Under the pieces are notes generated by a model. The model was not told the DNA's origin, made no database searches, and saw only the letters and a program-made list of their open reading frames with translations. The translations under genes were made by a program, and so were the position numbers. A stretch of 64,000 bases of DNA from the human T2T-CHM13v2.0 reference genome, Homo sapiens. The DNA lies in NCBI RefSeq assembly GCF_009914755.1, contig NC_060928.1; one strand, 5' to 3'. Below, piece by piece: positions 1 through 14,645 of this stretch (the first letter of the stretch is position 1; every line of letters begins with the position of its first letter).

Positions 1-72
1 TAAACCTCTTTCCTTTATAAATTACCTAGTCTTGGGCAGTTCTTTATAGCAGTATGAAAATGGACTAATACA
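1..72 (+). mobile_element. 3' end of THE1/MST (MaLR) LTR
   Basis: TAAACCTCTTTCCTTTATAAATTACC..TCTTTATAGCAG..GGACTAATACA is the typical MaLR LTR terminus. Confidence 0.8.
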
Positions 73-117
73 ATGGGCTTTTAAAAAATTCTTTAAAAAA
101 AAAACAAAAAAAACCAA

Positions 118-384
118 AGTCTAGCTCTGAGAGTGAGTGCAGTGACAATTTCAGCTCACTGCAACTTCTGTCTCCTGGGTTCAAGCAATTCTTCTGCCTC
201 AACCTCCTGTGTAGCTGGGATTACAAGTGCCTGCCACCATGCCCGGCTAATTTTTGTGTTTTTAGTAGAGATGCTGTTTCACCATAATGGCCAGGCTGGT
301 CTCGAACTCCTGACCTCCATTAATCCACTCGCCTCAGCCTCCCAAAATGCTGGGATTACAGGCATGAGCCACCACATCCAGCCT
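118..384 (-). mobile_element. Alu (AluS-like)
   Basis: Antisense Alu motifs GCTCACTGCAAC..GCTGGGATTACAGGCATGAGCCAC; explains ORF 133..435. Confidence 0.9.
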
Positions 385-899
385 AAAAATTATTTCTTTG
401 GTATTTGCAGTGACATAGCAATTATTTTTATGTAAACTTTATCTTTTTTTTCTCTAGGCAGGAGACCAGTGAAACAATTTTAGATGGTCGTTCATTAGAA
501 CACAAACAAGAAATAAAACAACCTCCTTTTTCTAGACCTTATTAACCCAGTATATAGCTATATGCCTTATCCTCAAGTTTCTTCATTGCCCTGTTTTGCC
601 TGTCTTTTCCATATTTAACCTATAAACAAGAAAAACACATGATCAGTTATGATTAAAGCAAGGAAAAGTCCACCCCTTTCCCTTTCTTCTGGGTACTATT
701 GGAATGTTCCCCTTCTATTGCTAATTAGCTGTGTGATCTTGGATAAGTGACTTTATCCTTCTGATCCTGTTCCTCTTCTATAAAATGTGGAAAATAAAAA
801 TAATGTTCACACAGAGATAGTGTGAGGATCAGATGAAAAATACATGGGAAACACAAATAAACATTGAAGATCTGTATAAATGTGAATATGATAATGATT

Positions 900-1230
900 T
901 TGGTAGACTGCCTATAGCCCCTCCTTGTTCTATCCTCATTTCACCCTAGTTCTTTACTGTATGCTTTACCGGGCACAGGGTGTATTACCCTGTTCTTTGA
1001 AAGATGCTTGGAAAGTACTTGTGCAACTGGGTTTGTCCTTGTGTTTCTCTGAATAGCTAGGAGAAGAGCATGACCAGGCTAGCACAGACATAAAAAGAAG
1101 AACCAGCCCTTCTGAGCCCAGTATAGGCCAGCTGACTCCCCACTGACCTACAGACTTGTATACCTAATAAAGTTGTATACCACTGAGATTATGTAGTGCT
1201 TTTATTATTATGGCATTAACCAACTGGTAC
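900..1230 (+). mobile_element. old MLT1-type MaLR LTR fragment
   Basis: Ends AATAAAGTTG..CCACTGAGATT..ATGGCATTAACCAACTGGTACA, resembling the MLT1 3' end. Confidence 0.5.
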
Positions 1231-2799
1231 AATGATGATTTCCCTGGAAATCACTGAGAAAAACAATTGGAAAACTTTCAAAAACAGCCAACTATATAAC
1301 TGTTGTCTTTCTTCCAGAAGTGAATAAGCAACTTGGATCCCAAGAGTTAACAACCACATCAGAAACCTTTCCATTGAAAGAGTTTTAGGCCCCCTGTGGC
1401 CTTAGTTATTCCCATCATGGTCTTTACTAGCAATTTTTCTTCCACTTTTTTCTCTCCTTGGAGCTGCCCGTTTTGCATTGTACCTGGGAGCAGCCCTGCT
1501 TTTGACATAAAGTGATGCCACAGATGCCCCACAAACTCCTTAACAGCAACCATTCTATTCAGATTAAAAAATAGGGAGAGAATGTTTCTCTGGTAATACC
1601 TAACAATGAATTGTTCCAATTCACATAAGAAATTTGATAAGGTCTTTTGTTTTTTTTTTAATTTTAAAAATAAATATTCATCTTTTTTCCAGAATCAGAA
1701 TGTTGTTGGGAATTGTGGGAAGATGACTGTATGCTGTGGTCAGGTAGGATGGCTTCTTGTGTGCTAATTTTTAGTCTCTCTAAAAAACTGGAAATATTGT
1801 TTTGGGGTCAACTCCATTATTTTTGTCTTAGAGATTAAAAAGAAAATCATCTGTCTAGTTTTCTGGTCTTGTTTTTTTCATAATGAATGTAAGATGGCTA
1901 AAATTTTGTCTATTTTTTAAATTTTTAATAGATTTTTTTGAATAGGAAACAGAGAGAATTGTTCAAACAGGTTCAAAAATGTGCCTGTAAAAGTTATGTT
2001 TCCTTCCTTTCCTTATCCTCTCAATCCACTCAGGCCCCACTTCAGAGGCAACCACTTAACAGCTCTTTGTGAGTCTTTCCAGAGATCATGAATGTATACA
2101 TGAGCCCATGTTACTCTCCAATCTGTGCCCCAACATCAGTGCATTTGTAACTAGTGGCCCTATAATCAGCCCGCAAAGGGCAGTTAGATAGTTTCTAATG
2201 TTTTACTATTATAAATAATGCTATGATGAATCTCCTTATATAATACACATCATTTCTCACATATGCTAAGTATATCTGCCAGATACTTCCCTGGAAGTGA
2301 AATTGCTGAATCAAAGGAATGAGTAATTTTAATATCCAGAAAGATATTGGCTAATTTTGCTCTACAGAGGTTGTTTTAAATTGCATTCCCATCATCAATA
2401 TATGAGAATATCTAGTTTCCATACTCTTGATTACAGAGTATATATTATGTTTCCACAGCACACTTTTACTTGCATTTTTTTCTGAGTGAAGTTGAGCATC
2501 TTCCGTATGCTCAAATTTTAAGAGAGATTTTTACTTCTTTCTTTACATCCTAACCATATCTTTCAGTGATATAGATTTTTTCTTGTTTTTTGTAGTAACT
2601 CTTTATATATTAAAGAAACCAGCACTTTATCTGGAATATGAATTGCAAAACTAATGGCAAGTTTAGTGTATTTGTCCCACAGCACAGACACTTTTAAAAC
2701 ACCCCCATATAAGAAAATTATTTTTAGTAAAAATCATGAAATGAAAGGAATAATGAATTATGAAGAAAATGCAAAGTGAACATTTTTAAATGGAAATTC

Positions 2800-3780
2800 A
2801 GATATATAATCAAATCTGTAAAAAATTTAAAAAGTAAATTTAAAATACATATTACAGTACAAACAGCATCCAACAAGGCAAAATTAATAATATTTGACAT
2901 TTAATACAAAATAGTAGGCATCAGAGAAGTCATAAAATATGACCCATGATGAGGAGAAAAAACAGGCAATTGAAACTTACCCAGAATTCTAAAACAGGTG
3001 TTAGCATTACTAGGCAAGGAGATTTAAAAAGTTATTTTAACTGTATTCCACATGTTCAAAAATAAAGACACAGATGATATGAAAAGGATCCAAATTGAAC
3101 TTCTAGGGATAAAAACTACAATACACTTGATGGAACCAAAGCCAAACCAGATATGCAGAAGAAAAGACTGGGAAACTTAAAGACATATCAATGGAAACTA
3201 CAATAAAATTTTAAAAAATAAAAAAATTAAAGAATAGAGTATAAATGAACTGTGGGGCAACTTCAAGTAGCCTAGTACATATGTAATTGGAGCCTCCAAA
3301 AAAGAGGACAAAATGAGGGAACAAAAAACATATTTGAAGAAATAATGGCTGAAATTTATCCAAATTTGAGAACAAATGAGGAATGAACCCCAAGCAGGAG
3401 AATCATGAAGGAAATTGCACCAAACCATGTCACACTCAAATTACTTGGAAACCAATAACTAAGAGAAAATCTTCAAAAGAGTCAAGGAAAAAAGACACTA
3501 TGTACAGAGAAACGAAGATAAGTATGACATTTCTCATCAATAATGCAAATGCGAAGACAATGCAGCAACAATTTTAAAGTACTGAAAGAGAAAATTGGCA
3601 ATCTATAATTCTATACCCAGTAAAAATATCATTCAAAAATTTAGGCAAAAGAACAACCTTTTTAGACACACAAAAGCTGAAGGAATTAGCAGCATACCTG
3701 CAGTACAAGAAAAAGCAGAAGGAAAATTATCACAGAGGGAAATCTGATCTATACAAATAAATTAAGGATACTGGAAATCT
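2800..3780 (+). mobile_element. degenerate L1M ORF1 region
   Basis: A-rich L1 ORF1-like sequence (ATATTTGAAGAAATAATGGCTGAAA, ATTCTATACCCAGTAAAAATATC). Confidence 0.7.
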
Positions 3781-4485
3781 TTGGGAGTTTTTGATTTGGT
3801 GGGAAGATAGTCTTCATCTCTGTTTTGCAATTTTTCTTGTGGTATCTTTGATTTTGCTATTATGGTAATTTATTGGCCTCGCGGAATGCATAGGAAGTGT
3901 TCCCTCCTCTTTACCTTTTGAAAGTGTTTGAGAAAAATTAGTGTTAATTCTCTTTATATGTTTGGTAGAATTCACGAGTGAAGCCATCTGGTTACAGATA
4001 TTTCTTTTTTGGGAAATTTTAAAATTACTGATTTAATACTTTTACTTGCTATAGGTCTGTTCAGATTTTCTAATTCTTCTTGAATTAGTTTTGGTGATTT
4101 GTGTGTTTCTAGGAATTCATTAATATTTCTAGGTTATCTAATTTGCTGGCATATAATTGCTCATAGCATTCTCTTATCATTCTTATTTCTGTAAGATCAG
4201 TAGTAATACCTCCAATTTCACTTCTGATTTTAGGTATTTGTATCTTCTCTCTTTTTTCTTTCTCAGTTTAGCTAAGGTCTGACAATTTTGTGGCTATTTC
4301 CAAAGAACGAACTTGTGATTTCATTGATTCTATTGTCTTACTATATATTTTTTGTTTCTACTCTAATCTTTATTCTATTTTTTCTTCTAGCTTTGGGTTT
4401 AGTTTGCTCTTCCTTTTTCTAAAGAAGATATGCTTCTTAAGTTGTAAAGTTAGATTATCAATTTGAGATCTTTACTCTTTTTTAA

Positions 4486-5834
4486 AACTTTTAAGTTCAG
4501 GGTTTGTTTTATAGGTAAATTTGTGCAGGTTTGTTATGTAGGTAAACTCGTGTCATGGGGGTTTGTTGTACAGATTATTGTATCACCCAGGTATTAAGCC
4601 TAGTAACCATTAGTTATTTTTCCTGATGCTCTTCCTCCTCCCAGCCTCCATCTTCTAATAGGCCCAGTGTGTCTGATAGGCCCCTCTATGTGTCTATGTG
4701 TTCTCATAATTTAGCTTCCACTTATAAATGAGAACATGTGGTATTTGGTTTTCTGTTTCTGCATTTGTTTACTGAGGAAATGGCCTCTGGCTCCATCCAT
4801 GTTCCTGCAAAAGACATGATCTTGTTGATCTTGTTCTCTTTTAGGACTGAGTAGTACTCCATGGTGTATATGTACCACATTTTCTTTATCCAGTCTACCA
4901 TTGATGGGCATTTAAGGTGATTCCATGTCTTTGCTATTGTGAATAGTGCCGCAATGAACATATGTGTGCATGTGTCTTTATGATAGAACAATTTGTACTC
5001 CTTTAGGTATATACCCAGTAATGGGATTGCTGGGTTGAATGGAATTTCTCTTTTTAGGTCTTTGTGGAATTGCCACACTGTGTTCCACAATGGTTGAGCT
5101 AATTTACACTACCACTAAATGTGTATAAGCATTCCTTTTTCTCCACAACCTCGACAGCATGTTATTTTTTTGGACTTTTTAATAGTGCCATTCTGACTGG
5201 TGTGAGATGGTATTTCATTGTGGTTTTAATTTGCATTTATCCAGTGATCACTGATGTTGGGCTTTTTTTCATATGATTGCTGCTGCATATAAGTCTTCTT
5301 TTGAAAAGTATCTGTTCATGTCCTTTGTCCACTTTTTAATGGGTTGTTTTTTTCTTGTAAATTTGTTTAAGTTCCTTATAGATACTAGATATTAGACCTT
5401 TGTCAGATGCATAATTTGCAAACATTTTCTCCCATCCGTAGGGTGTCTGTTCACTCTGCTGATAATTTATTTTGCTGTGCAGAAGCTCTTTAGTTTAATT
5501 AGATCCCATTTGTCAATTTTTGCTTTGTTGTGATTGCTTTTGGTGTCTTCGTCATGAAATCTTTGCTCATTCCTATGTCCAGAATAGTATTGCCTAGGTT
5601 GTCTTCCAGGGTTTTCATAGTTTTGGGTTTTACATTTAATTCTTTAATCTATCTTGAGTTAATTTTTGTATATGGTCTAAAGAAGGGGTCCAGTTTCAAT
5701 TTTCTGCAATTGGCTAGCCAGTTATCCCAGCATCATTTATTGAATAGGGAGTCCTTTCCCCATTGCTTCTTTTTGTCAGATTTGTAGAAGATCAGATACT
5801 TGTAAGGGTGCAGCCTTATTTCTGGGTCCTCTAT
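4486..5834 (-). mobile_element. 5'-truncated L1PA (ORF2 C-terminus and 3'UTR)
   Basis: ORF 4722..5090(-) IPFNPAIPLLGIY..CTHMFIAALFTIAKTW..WIKKMWYIYTMEYY is L1 ORF2p; flanking TSD TCTTTTTTAA at 4476-4485 and 5835-5844. Confidence 0.9.
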
Positions 5835-6349
5835 TCTTTTTTAATGTAGGCATTTACTGCTATACATTTATCTTTGATAACTGCTTTCGCTGCATATCAT
5901 ATGTTTTGGTATGTTGTGTTTTGTTTTCATTTATCTCCAAGTATTCACAATTACCCTTGTGATTTCTTCTTTGACCATTGGTTGCTTAAGAATATGTTGT
6001 TTAATTTCCACATATTTGTAGATTTTCTAATTTTCTTTCTGTTATTGGTTTCCAGCCTTATTCCACTGTGGTTAGAGAAGCTACTCTGTATAATTTCAAT
6101 ATTTGTAAAATTTATTAAGACTCATTTTGTGACAAGTCCTATACGGTCTATCTTAGAAATTGTTCCATGTGCGCTTGAGAAAAATGTGTATTCTGCTATT
6201 ATTGAGTGCAGAGTTCTATATATGTCTAGTTATTAGGTCTACTGGGCTTATAGTGTTGTTCAAGTTCTCCATTCCTTATTGACCTTCTATTCATTATAGA
6301 AAGTGGAGTATTGAAGCTTCCAACTATTATTATATTATTATCTATTTCT

Positions 6350-6634
6350 GGTCAGGCACAGTGACTCACGCCTATAATCTCAGCACTTTGGGAGGCCAAG
6401 GGCAGATCACCTGAGGTCAGGAGTTCAAGATCAGCCTGGGCAACATGGTGAAACCCTGTCTCTACTAAAAATACACAAATTAGCCGGGCGTGGTGGTGCA
6501 CTCCTATAATCCCAAATACTTGGGAGGCTGAGGCATGAGAATCACTTGAATCAGCTGCAGTGAGCCGATATCATGCCACTGCATTCCAGCCTGGATGACT
6601 CCATCTCAAAAACAAAAACAAAAACAAAAACAAA
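6350..6634 (+). mobile_element. Alu
   Basis: GGTCAGGCACAGTGACTCACGCC.. with A-rich tail. Confidence 0.9.
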
Positions 6635-7581
6635 CCCACCCCCCCCAAAACAAGAATTGTCTGTTTCTCTCTTTTATTCTGTCACTTTTCATTCATATCT
6701 TTTGGGGCTCTATTGTTTAGTGTATAATATTCATAATTGTTATATATTCCTGAAGAATTGACCCTTTCATTAATATATCATGTAATTTATCTCTTGTAAC
6801 GGTTTTTGACTTAAGGTCTATTTTGTCTGGTATTAGTATAGCCACTTTAGCTCTTTTTTGATTGTTATTTGCACATAATATCTTTTCTATCCTTTATTTC
6901 TTTGGACCTAAAGGCAGCCTCTTTAGACAGCATATAGTTGGATAATAATTTTAAAAAACTGATTCTGCCAATCTCTGCCTTTTGATATTAGAATTTAATC
7001 CACTTCCATTTAAAGTAATTGCTGATAAGAAAGGACTTACTCTTCTATTTGCTATTTGTTTATTGTATGTCTTATACCTTTTTTGTTTCTCATTTTCTCC
7101 ATTACTGCCCTTTTTGTGTTTAGTTGATTTTTTCATATTCAACTATTTCAGTTCTCTCTTTATTTCCTTCTGTGTATATTTTTTAGATATTTTCTTTTTC
7201 GGTACTATGGAGATTACAATTAATAGTGATTAAATTTATAGTAATCTAGTTTGAATTGATAACTTGGCTTTGAGAGCATACAAAACTCTGTTCCTATACT
7301 GCTCCATCCATTCCTTTATGTTGTTATTGTCATGTTACATCTTTATACATTGTGCACTGTTAACACAGAATTAGAATCGTTTTATATAGTTGTCTTTTAA
7401 CTCATGTGGGAAAGGAAAAGAAGAGATACAAAACCAAAATAATATAATACTGGCTTTTATATTTACCTATGTAGTTACCTTTACTGGAGTTCTTTATTTC
7501 TTCATATTACTTCAAGTAACTGCCAAATGTCCTTTCACTGCAGTATGCAGGGTTCTCTGACTTGCACTGTATTTCTTTATT

Positions 7582-7878
7582 TTAATTTAATTTTATTTTA
7601 GAGATGATCTCACTCTGTTGCCCAGGTTTGAATGAAGTGGTGTAGTCAGAGCTCACTGCAGTTTTGAACTCCTGAGCTCAAGTGATTCTCCCACCTCAGC
7701 CTCCCGAGTAGCTGAGACTACAGATACATGCCACTACACCTAGCTAATTTTATTTTTTAGAGAGATGGGCTCCTGCTGTGTTTTCCAGGATAGTCTTGAA
7801 CTCCTGGGCTTAAGCAGTCCTCCTGCCTCATTCCCCTAAAGTGCTGGGATTATAGGCAATGAGCCACCACACCCAGCT
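7582..7878 (-). mobile_element. Alu (AluJ-like)
   Basis: Antisense Alu with diverged J-type motifs. Confidence 0.85.
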
Positions 7879-8562
7879 ACTTGTAGTGCATTTCCTGTAG
7901 GACAGGTCTATTAGTAGCTAACTCCTTCAGCCTCTATTTATCTGTGAATTTCTTCATTTCTCCTTCATTTGTGAAGGATAGTTTTGCCAGATACAGAATT
8001 CTTGGTTGACAGTTTTTTACTTTCAACAAATAAAATTTTCATCTGCCCTCCATGGTTTCTGATGAGAAAGCTGCTGCTAATCTTACGGAATCTCATGACT
8101 ATGTTGTTTTCAAGACTTTCTTCATCCTTGGTTTTGACAATTTGATTATAATGTGTCTTGGTTTGAACCTTTTTGTGTTTATCCTTCTTGGATTGCATTG
8201 AGCTTTTTGAATGTGGACAGCCATGCATTTGATCAAATGTGGAAATTTTTCAGCCATTATTTCTTCATATATTCTCTCTTACTTTCTTATTTTCTCCTTC
8301 TGGGGTTCCATTATATATATTTTGGTATGCTTTATGGTGTCACACGAGTCTCATAGGCTCTGTTCATTCCTTGTCATCCTTTTTTCTTTCTGCTTCTCAT
8401 ACTGGATAATTAATTAAATGGACTGATCTTCAAGTTTGTTGACTATTTCTTCTGCCTGCTCAAATCTTCTACTGAAACCTATTAGAAAATTTTTCATGTT
8501 TGTTATTGTGCTTTTCAACTCCAGAAGTTTTGTCTAGTTCCTTTTTAAAATTTCTATTTGTT

Positions 8563-8863
<301 letters not shown>

Positions 8864-8940
8864 TTATTAATATTCTATATTTGTTTATACATTATTATCA
8901 GGGTTTCCTGTAGCTCTGAGCACATTTAAGACAGTTGAAG

Positions 8941-11900
8941 CGTGTGACATTGGCAAGATGGTGGAACAAAATGTCCCAGCACTTGTCTTCCCACAGAAAC
9001 ACCAATGTAACAACCATCTACAAATAAAAATACCTTTATGAGAGCTCCAGGATCAAGGTGAGAGGTTACAGCATGCAAGTGGAACAAATATATGAGAAAA
9101 AATTGAAAGGATAAGAAAATAAATTTCACTTTATAGAGTTACCCTTTACCCTACACAGCATACACGATGCTGAAAGAGATTCCTTTGGATCATGAGCTCT
9201 CTTGTGGGGGAAAAAGAGAGCAACCCTGCTCCTGGGCACTGGCATCAAGACTGTCTACCCACACAGTGACGGTGGCACCAGGCCTGCCCGTGGACCACAG
9301 CACCGAGCCCACTGGTAGACCCAGGCACCAGGCCCACCCACACATGGTCTCAAGCAACAAGCCGTTCACACGGGCCTTGCCAGCTGACCCACCCAGAATC
9401 TCTGGCTGACTGATTTGTGAAAGACTTTTTCTGCCAAAGTCAGTCTGTGAAGACTGAAAGAGGTGGCTGCTTCTTCAAACATCCAGACATTAATACAGGT
9501 TACAAGGATTATGAAGAAAAAAGACACTATCCAAGGAGCACATAAAGCTCCAATAAGTGACTCTAAAGAATTGGAGACCTACAAATTGCTTGACAAAGAA
9601 TTCAAAGTAACATCTTAAAGAAGCTCAAAGAGCTATAAAAGGACACAGATAAACAACTACACAAAATTAGGGGAAAATAATTCATGAGCAAAATGAGATA
9701 TTCAACAAACATAAACCATAAAAAAGAACCAAAGAGAAATTTTGGAGGTGAAAATAATACAATAAAGGAACTGAAAAATTCAGTAGAGAGCTCATACACC
9801 ATACTTAGTCAAACAGAAGAGAGAATCAGTGAACTCAAAGACAGGTTATTTGAAATTATATGGTCAGAGGAACAAAATGAAAAAGTATAAAGACTACAGG
9901 ACTTGTGGGATACCCTCAAGCCAACGAATGAATGCATTATGTTATTTACAGAAGGAGAAGAGAAAGGGAAAAGGAAAGAAAGCTTATTTAAATTAACAAT
10001 GCCTGAAAACATCTCAAATCTAGGGAAGGAAATGGACATCTGGATTCATGAGGACCAAAAGGATCACAAAGATATCTAACCTAAAAAGGTCTAGACTGAG
10101 ACACATTATAATCAAATTCTCAAATGTCAAAGACAAAAAGACAATTTTGAAAGAACGAGAAAAGCAACTTGTCATATACAAAGAAAACCCTATAAAACTA
10201 TCAGTGGATTTATTCTTCAAATTTCTTCTTCTTCAGAAACACTGCAGGCCAGGAAAGAGTGGGATAATATATTCAAAGTGTCATAACGAAGAAACAAAAA
10301 ACCCCAAAACCACTGCCAACCAAGAATATTACACCCAGAAAAACTATCCTCTAAAAATGAAAGAGAGATAAAGACTTTCCCTAATAAATCAAAACAGGAA
10401 ATACATCACCTGCCTTACAAGAAATGATAAAAGGTTTTATTCAAGTTGAAATGAAAAGATGATAAACAGCAACACTAAAGCTGCAGGATACAAAAACAAC
10501 ATACAAAAATCAGTGGTGTTTCTATACATCAATAATGAACTGTCCTAGAAAGAATTTTAAGAAAACCATCTCAGGCCAGGTGCAGCAGTTCATGCCTATT
10601 TCCCAGTGCTTTGAGAGGCCATGGTGGGAGGATCCTTTGAGGCCAGGAGTTTGAGACTAGTCTGGGCAACATAGCAAGGTCCCATCACTACAAAAAATAA
10701 AATTAGTTGGCATGGTAGTGCACACCTTTGGTCATGGTTACTTGAGAGGCTGGGGTAGGAGGGTAGCTTGAGCACAGGAGGCGAAGACTGCAGTGGGCTA
10801 TAATTTGCCATTGCATTCCCACCTGGGCAACAGTGCAAAACCCTGTCTTTAACAAAACAAAACAATCTCATTTACAATAGCAGTTAAAAGAATAAAGCAC
10901 TTAGAAATAAATTTAACCAACAAGGTGAAAAACTCATACCCTGAAGACTGTAAAACACTGATGAAAGAAATTAAAGTAGGCACAAAGAAATGGCAAGACA
11001 ACTCACATTCCTTCACTGAAAGAATTAATATTGTTAAATGTTTATACTATTACAAATAATCTACAGATTTGATACAATCCCTACCAAAATTGCAAAGGCA
11101 TTTTTTTACAGAAATAGAAAATATAATTCTAAAATTTACATGGAATTTCAAAAGACACAAAATAGCCAAAACAATTTTTTGAGCAAGAAGAACAAAGCCA
11201 GAGGCATCCCACTTCCTGATTTCAAAAAATATCACAAAGCTGCAGTAATCAAAACAATATGGTACTCTCATAAAAACAGACATATAGATTCATGGAACAA
11301 AGTAGAAAGTTCAGAGATAAAACCATGCATAGATAGTCAACTGCTCTTCAACAAGGGAGCCAAGAATATATAATGGGTGAAGAATAGTCTTTTTAATAAG
11401 TGGTAATGGGAAAACTGGAAATCCACATGCAAAAACTGAAATTGGACCCCTATATTACCCCATACACACAAATCAACTCAAAATGGATTAAAGACTTACA
11501 CATACACCTGAAATCATAAAACTTTTAGAATAAAACATAAGTGATAAGCTTCTTGACATTAGTCTTGGCAATAATATCTTGACTATGACGACAAAAGCAC
11601 AGGCAACAAAAGCAAAAACAGACAAGTGGGACTACCTCAAGCTAAAAACCTTCTGCACAGCAAAATGAAAAGACAACATATACAATGGAAGAAATATTTG
11701 CAAACTATACATCTGGTAAGAAGTTAATATCTATCTAAAATACATAGGGAATTCCTACAAATCAAAAGCCAAGAACCAAATAGTCTACTTTAAAAAGTGG
11801 ACAAAGGAGCTGAATAGACATTTCTTCAAATAAGATATGTAAATGGTCAATAGGTACTTGAAAAGGTGTTTAATATCACTAACCATTAGGGAAATTTAAA

Positions 11901-12577
11901 TCAAAATCACACACCAGTTAGGATGGTTATTGTCAAAATAACCAAAGGTAACAAATGTAGCTGAGGATATGCAGAAAGGGAAATTCTTCTACAGTTGTGG
12001 AAGAATTGATAAAGAAAATGTGGTATATACATGCAATGAAATATTATTTGGCCTTAAAAAAGAAGGAAATCCTGCCATTTGTGACAATATGGATGAACCT
12101 AGAGGACATTAATCTAAGTGAAACAAGGCAGGGACAGGAGGATAAATACCACATAATACAACTTATATTAGGAATCTAAGATAGTCAAACTCATGGAACC
12201 AGAGAGTGGGATGGTGGTTGCCAAGGACTGGGTGAGGGGGAAACAGGGAAGTGTTAGTCAAAGGTCAAGATGTATAATTCTTAGAGATCTATGCTACAGA
12301 ATAGTGCCTATTGTTCATAATACTGTATTGTATACTTAAAAATTTGCTAAGAGCACAATTTCTTTGTTAAGAGTTGTTACATGCACACACAAAATAATAA
12401 ATAAAGAGAGTGAGAGGAAACTTTTAGAAGTGGTGAATACGTTTATGGCATATGTTGTGATATTTTCACAGACATATACTAATCTCCAAACTCAAACTCA
12501 TCAAGTTATGTACACTAAATATGTAGAGTTTATTATATGTCAATCATAACTCAATAAAGTGTTTTTTTTTTTTAAAA
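8941..12577 (+). mobile_element. L1MA/MB-type element with 5' end, ORF1, internally deleted ORF2 and 3'UTR
   Basis: 5' CAAGATGGTGGAA start; ORF1-like RHIIIKFSNVKDKKTILK (10048..10371); ORF2-like IYRFDTIP..PDFKKYHKAAVIKTIWY (11038..11373); ends CTCAATAAAG; approximate TSD AAGACAGTTGAAG / AAGACCATTAAG. Confidence 0.8.
10574..10862 (+). mobile_element. Alu (AluJ-like) inserted in L1
   Basis: Alu body flanked by AAA(A)C(C/A)ATCTCA TSD. Confidence 0.85.
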
Positions 12578-14160
12578 AAGACCATTAAGTCTTTGTTTAG
12601 TGAGTCCAAAGTTTGTGGTTCTTCTGGAACAGATTATGTTCATTTCTTCTGTAAATGGTCCATACTTTCTCATATCTTTGCATGCATCATAATTTTTGGT
12701 TGAAAATTTTTGGTTGACACTTTGACTCTTACAGTAACTCTTGAAATCAGACTCTTCCTTCTGCTTGGGGTTTGTTTTGGTTGCTTGGGGTTTGCTTTGG
12801 TTGCTTGGTGTTTGTTTGATGACTTTTCTAAACTACTTTTGGCAAGTCTATTCTTTATCACATGTGGTCTTTGAAGTCTGTTCCTTTGACTTATATTCAG
12901 CTAGTATTTAGACAGAGATTTCCTTCAATGCAAGAGGAGGGAGAGAGAGAGAGAGAAGAAAAAGAAACCCAGAAAAACAAATCAAAATCTCAAAATCTCT
13001 CCCAGTCTTTGCAGATTGGTTCTGTCCTGGGCACTCACTCATCCAGGCCATTTGCAACTCTACCTTAGCCTTCACTTCATACTTGCACTGAACTTAGACA
13101 ACCACCAGAGGTGCAGGCTCAGAGTCTTCTGAGGTCTTTCTGAGCATGTATCCTGCCCTGAGCATGTATGGGGCTTCCTAAACTCCCCAATACACACAGG
13201 CACTTTTGAATGCCCTAATTTTCCATAGGATCTTAGTTTTTCCCCATGCTTTGGTGCTCTGTTGTGTGCCTCCACTGTAATCCTTTGCCCCAGACAGCTG
13301 AGATTGCTCATTAATCTTGCAATGCCTGTGCTTTGTAATATTAATGCTTTTCTGCTCTGAGTTCTGAGCTAGGTGAAACCAAGACAAGTGCCTGGGGTCT
13401 GTCCTACAGGAAGGCCTTAGGATAGAAAAGACAAACACATTATTTTTGAATAAGGTCTTCTCTGTTCTTTCCAGTGCTAGGGAACCGGGTCCCTCCCTGA
13501 GTGAGAAACGTACATGGTCAGTGTTTGCTGCACCAGAGTTAGGAGAATTTCTTCCATATTAGATAGACAGATTTATATACTTTCCCATGGAAGATTAAGA
13601 AACTGAAATCTAAGATACATGAAGAAATTGTAAGTGGAAAGGCCACTTAGTGGTTGGTTTACAACAGTATTATAAGTGATAGGGTGATAGAAGTGTGGTA
13701 AGTGATTAGGATAATATTCTGCATAGTAAGAGAAACAGTTTGTATTTTTAGAAGAAAATTGCTTTAACATTTGCAAACTAAGGTAATGAGAATACAGTGA
13801 ATTTCAAAATGTCTTTTTAATGACAATGTGTGAACTTGTTTTAATAAACCAAAATTTGTTGTTATTGTGTTAAGGCTATTTTATGTACTCAGATATCCTT
13901 CAAGACCACTGCCAAATTAGGGAGGGTATGGGGCAAGGACACAAAGGACAGACACACAAAATGCTACTAAGCTTTCATACCATTTTTAGTTGCCTGTTCC
14001 TGCATTCAACATTTTCTTAGGTGCTATAAACCTTTGACTGTTTTCCAGAGTTCTAAATAAAGTTGGTTCTGACAGCTTCCCTTTGGTTTCTGTAGAAATG
14101 GATTTTTGGTTTTTGGTTTTGGTGGATCTGCCTACTCTGCCATTTCCGCTGCCATCACTT
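12578..14160 (-). mobile_element. 5' region of the old minus-strand L1M
   Basis: Continues the L1M sequence interrupted at 8940 (AAGTCTTTGTTTAGTGAGTCC...). Confidence 0.6.
13499..13884 (+). pseudogene. probable captured 3'UTR fragment of a ZNF91-subfamily KRAB zinc-finger gene
   Basis: Non-L1 block inside L1M; resembles from memory the ZNF91-family 3'UTR (GTTGCTGCA..AGATACATGAAGAAA..TAAGTGGA..GGCC) and has AATAAA near its end; not verified by search. Confidence 0.5.
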
Positions 14161-14354
14161 GCACTGCACACCCTCCTGTGTGCCACCCTTGTTTCCAGGA
14201 TGTTGTCATTCTGCTTAACATTACCCCAGTTCTTTCTCTCTAAAATGCCACCCATATGTGCCTGAGTTTGTAATAAAATTTTAGGGTAAAATAAAATTTA
14301 GGGTATCAGTTGGTGATTACGTCACAGCACAATTATGGTAGGTAATCATGTTGA

Positions 14355-14645
<291 letters not shown>

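Noticed and set aside
520-640. Minus-strand acceptor-like TGTTTTTCTTGTTTATAG in CFI intron 1 (possible cryptic exon)
   Set aside because: Reading frame stops after about 25 codons, no strong donor, no similarity to CFI protein
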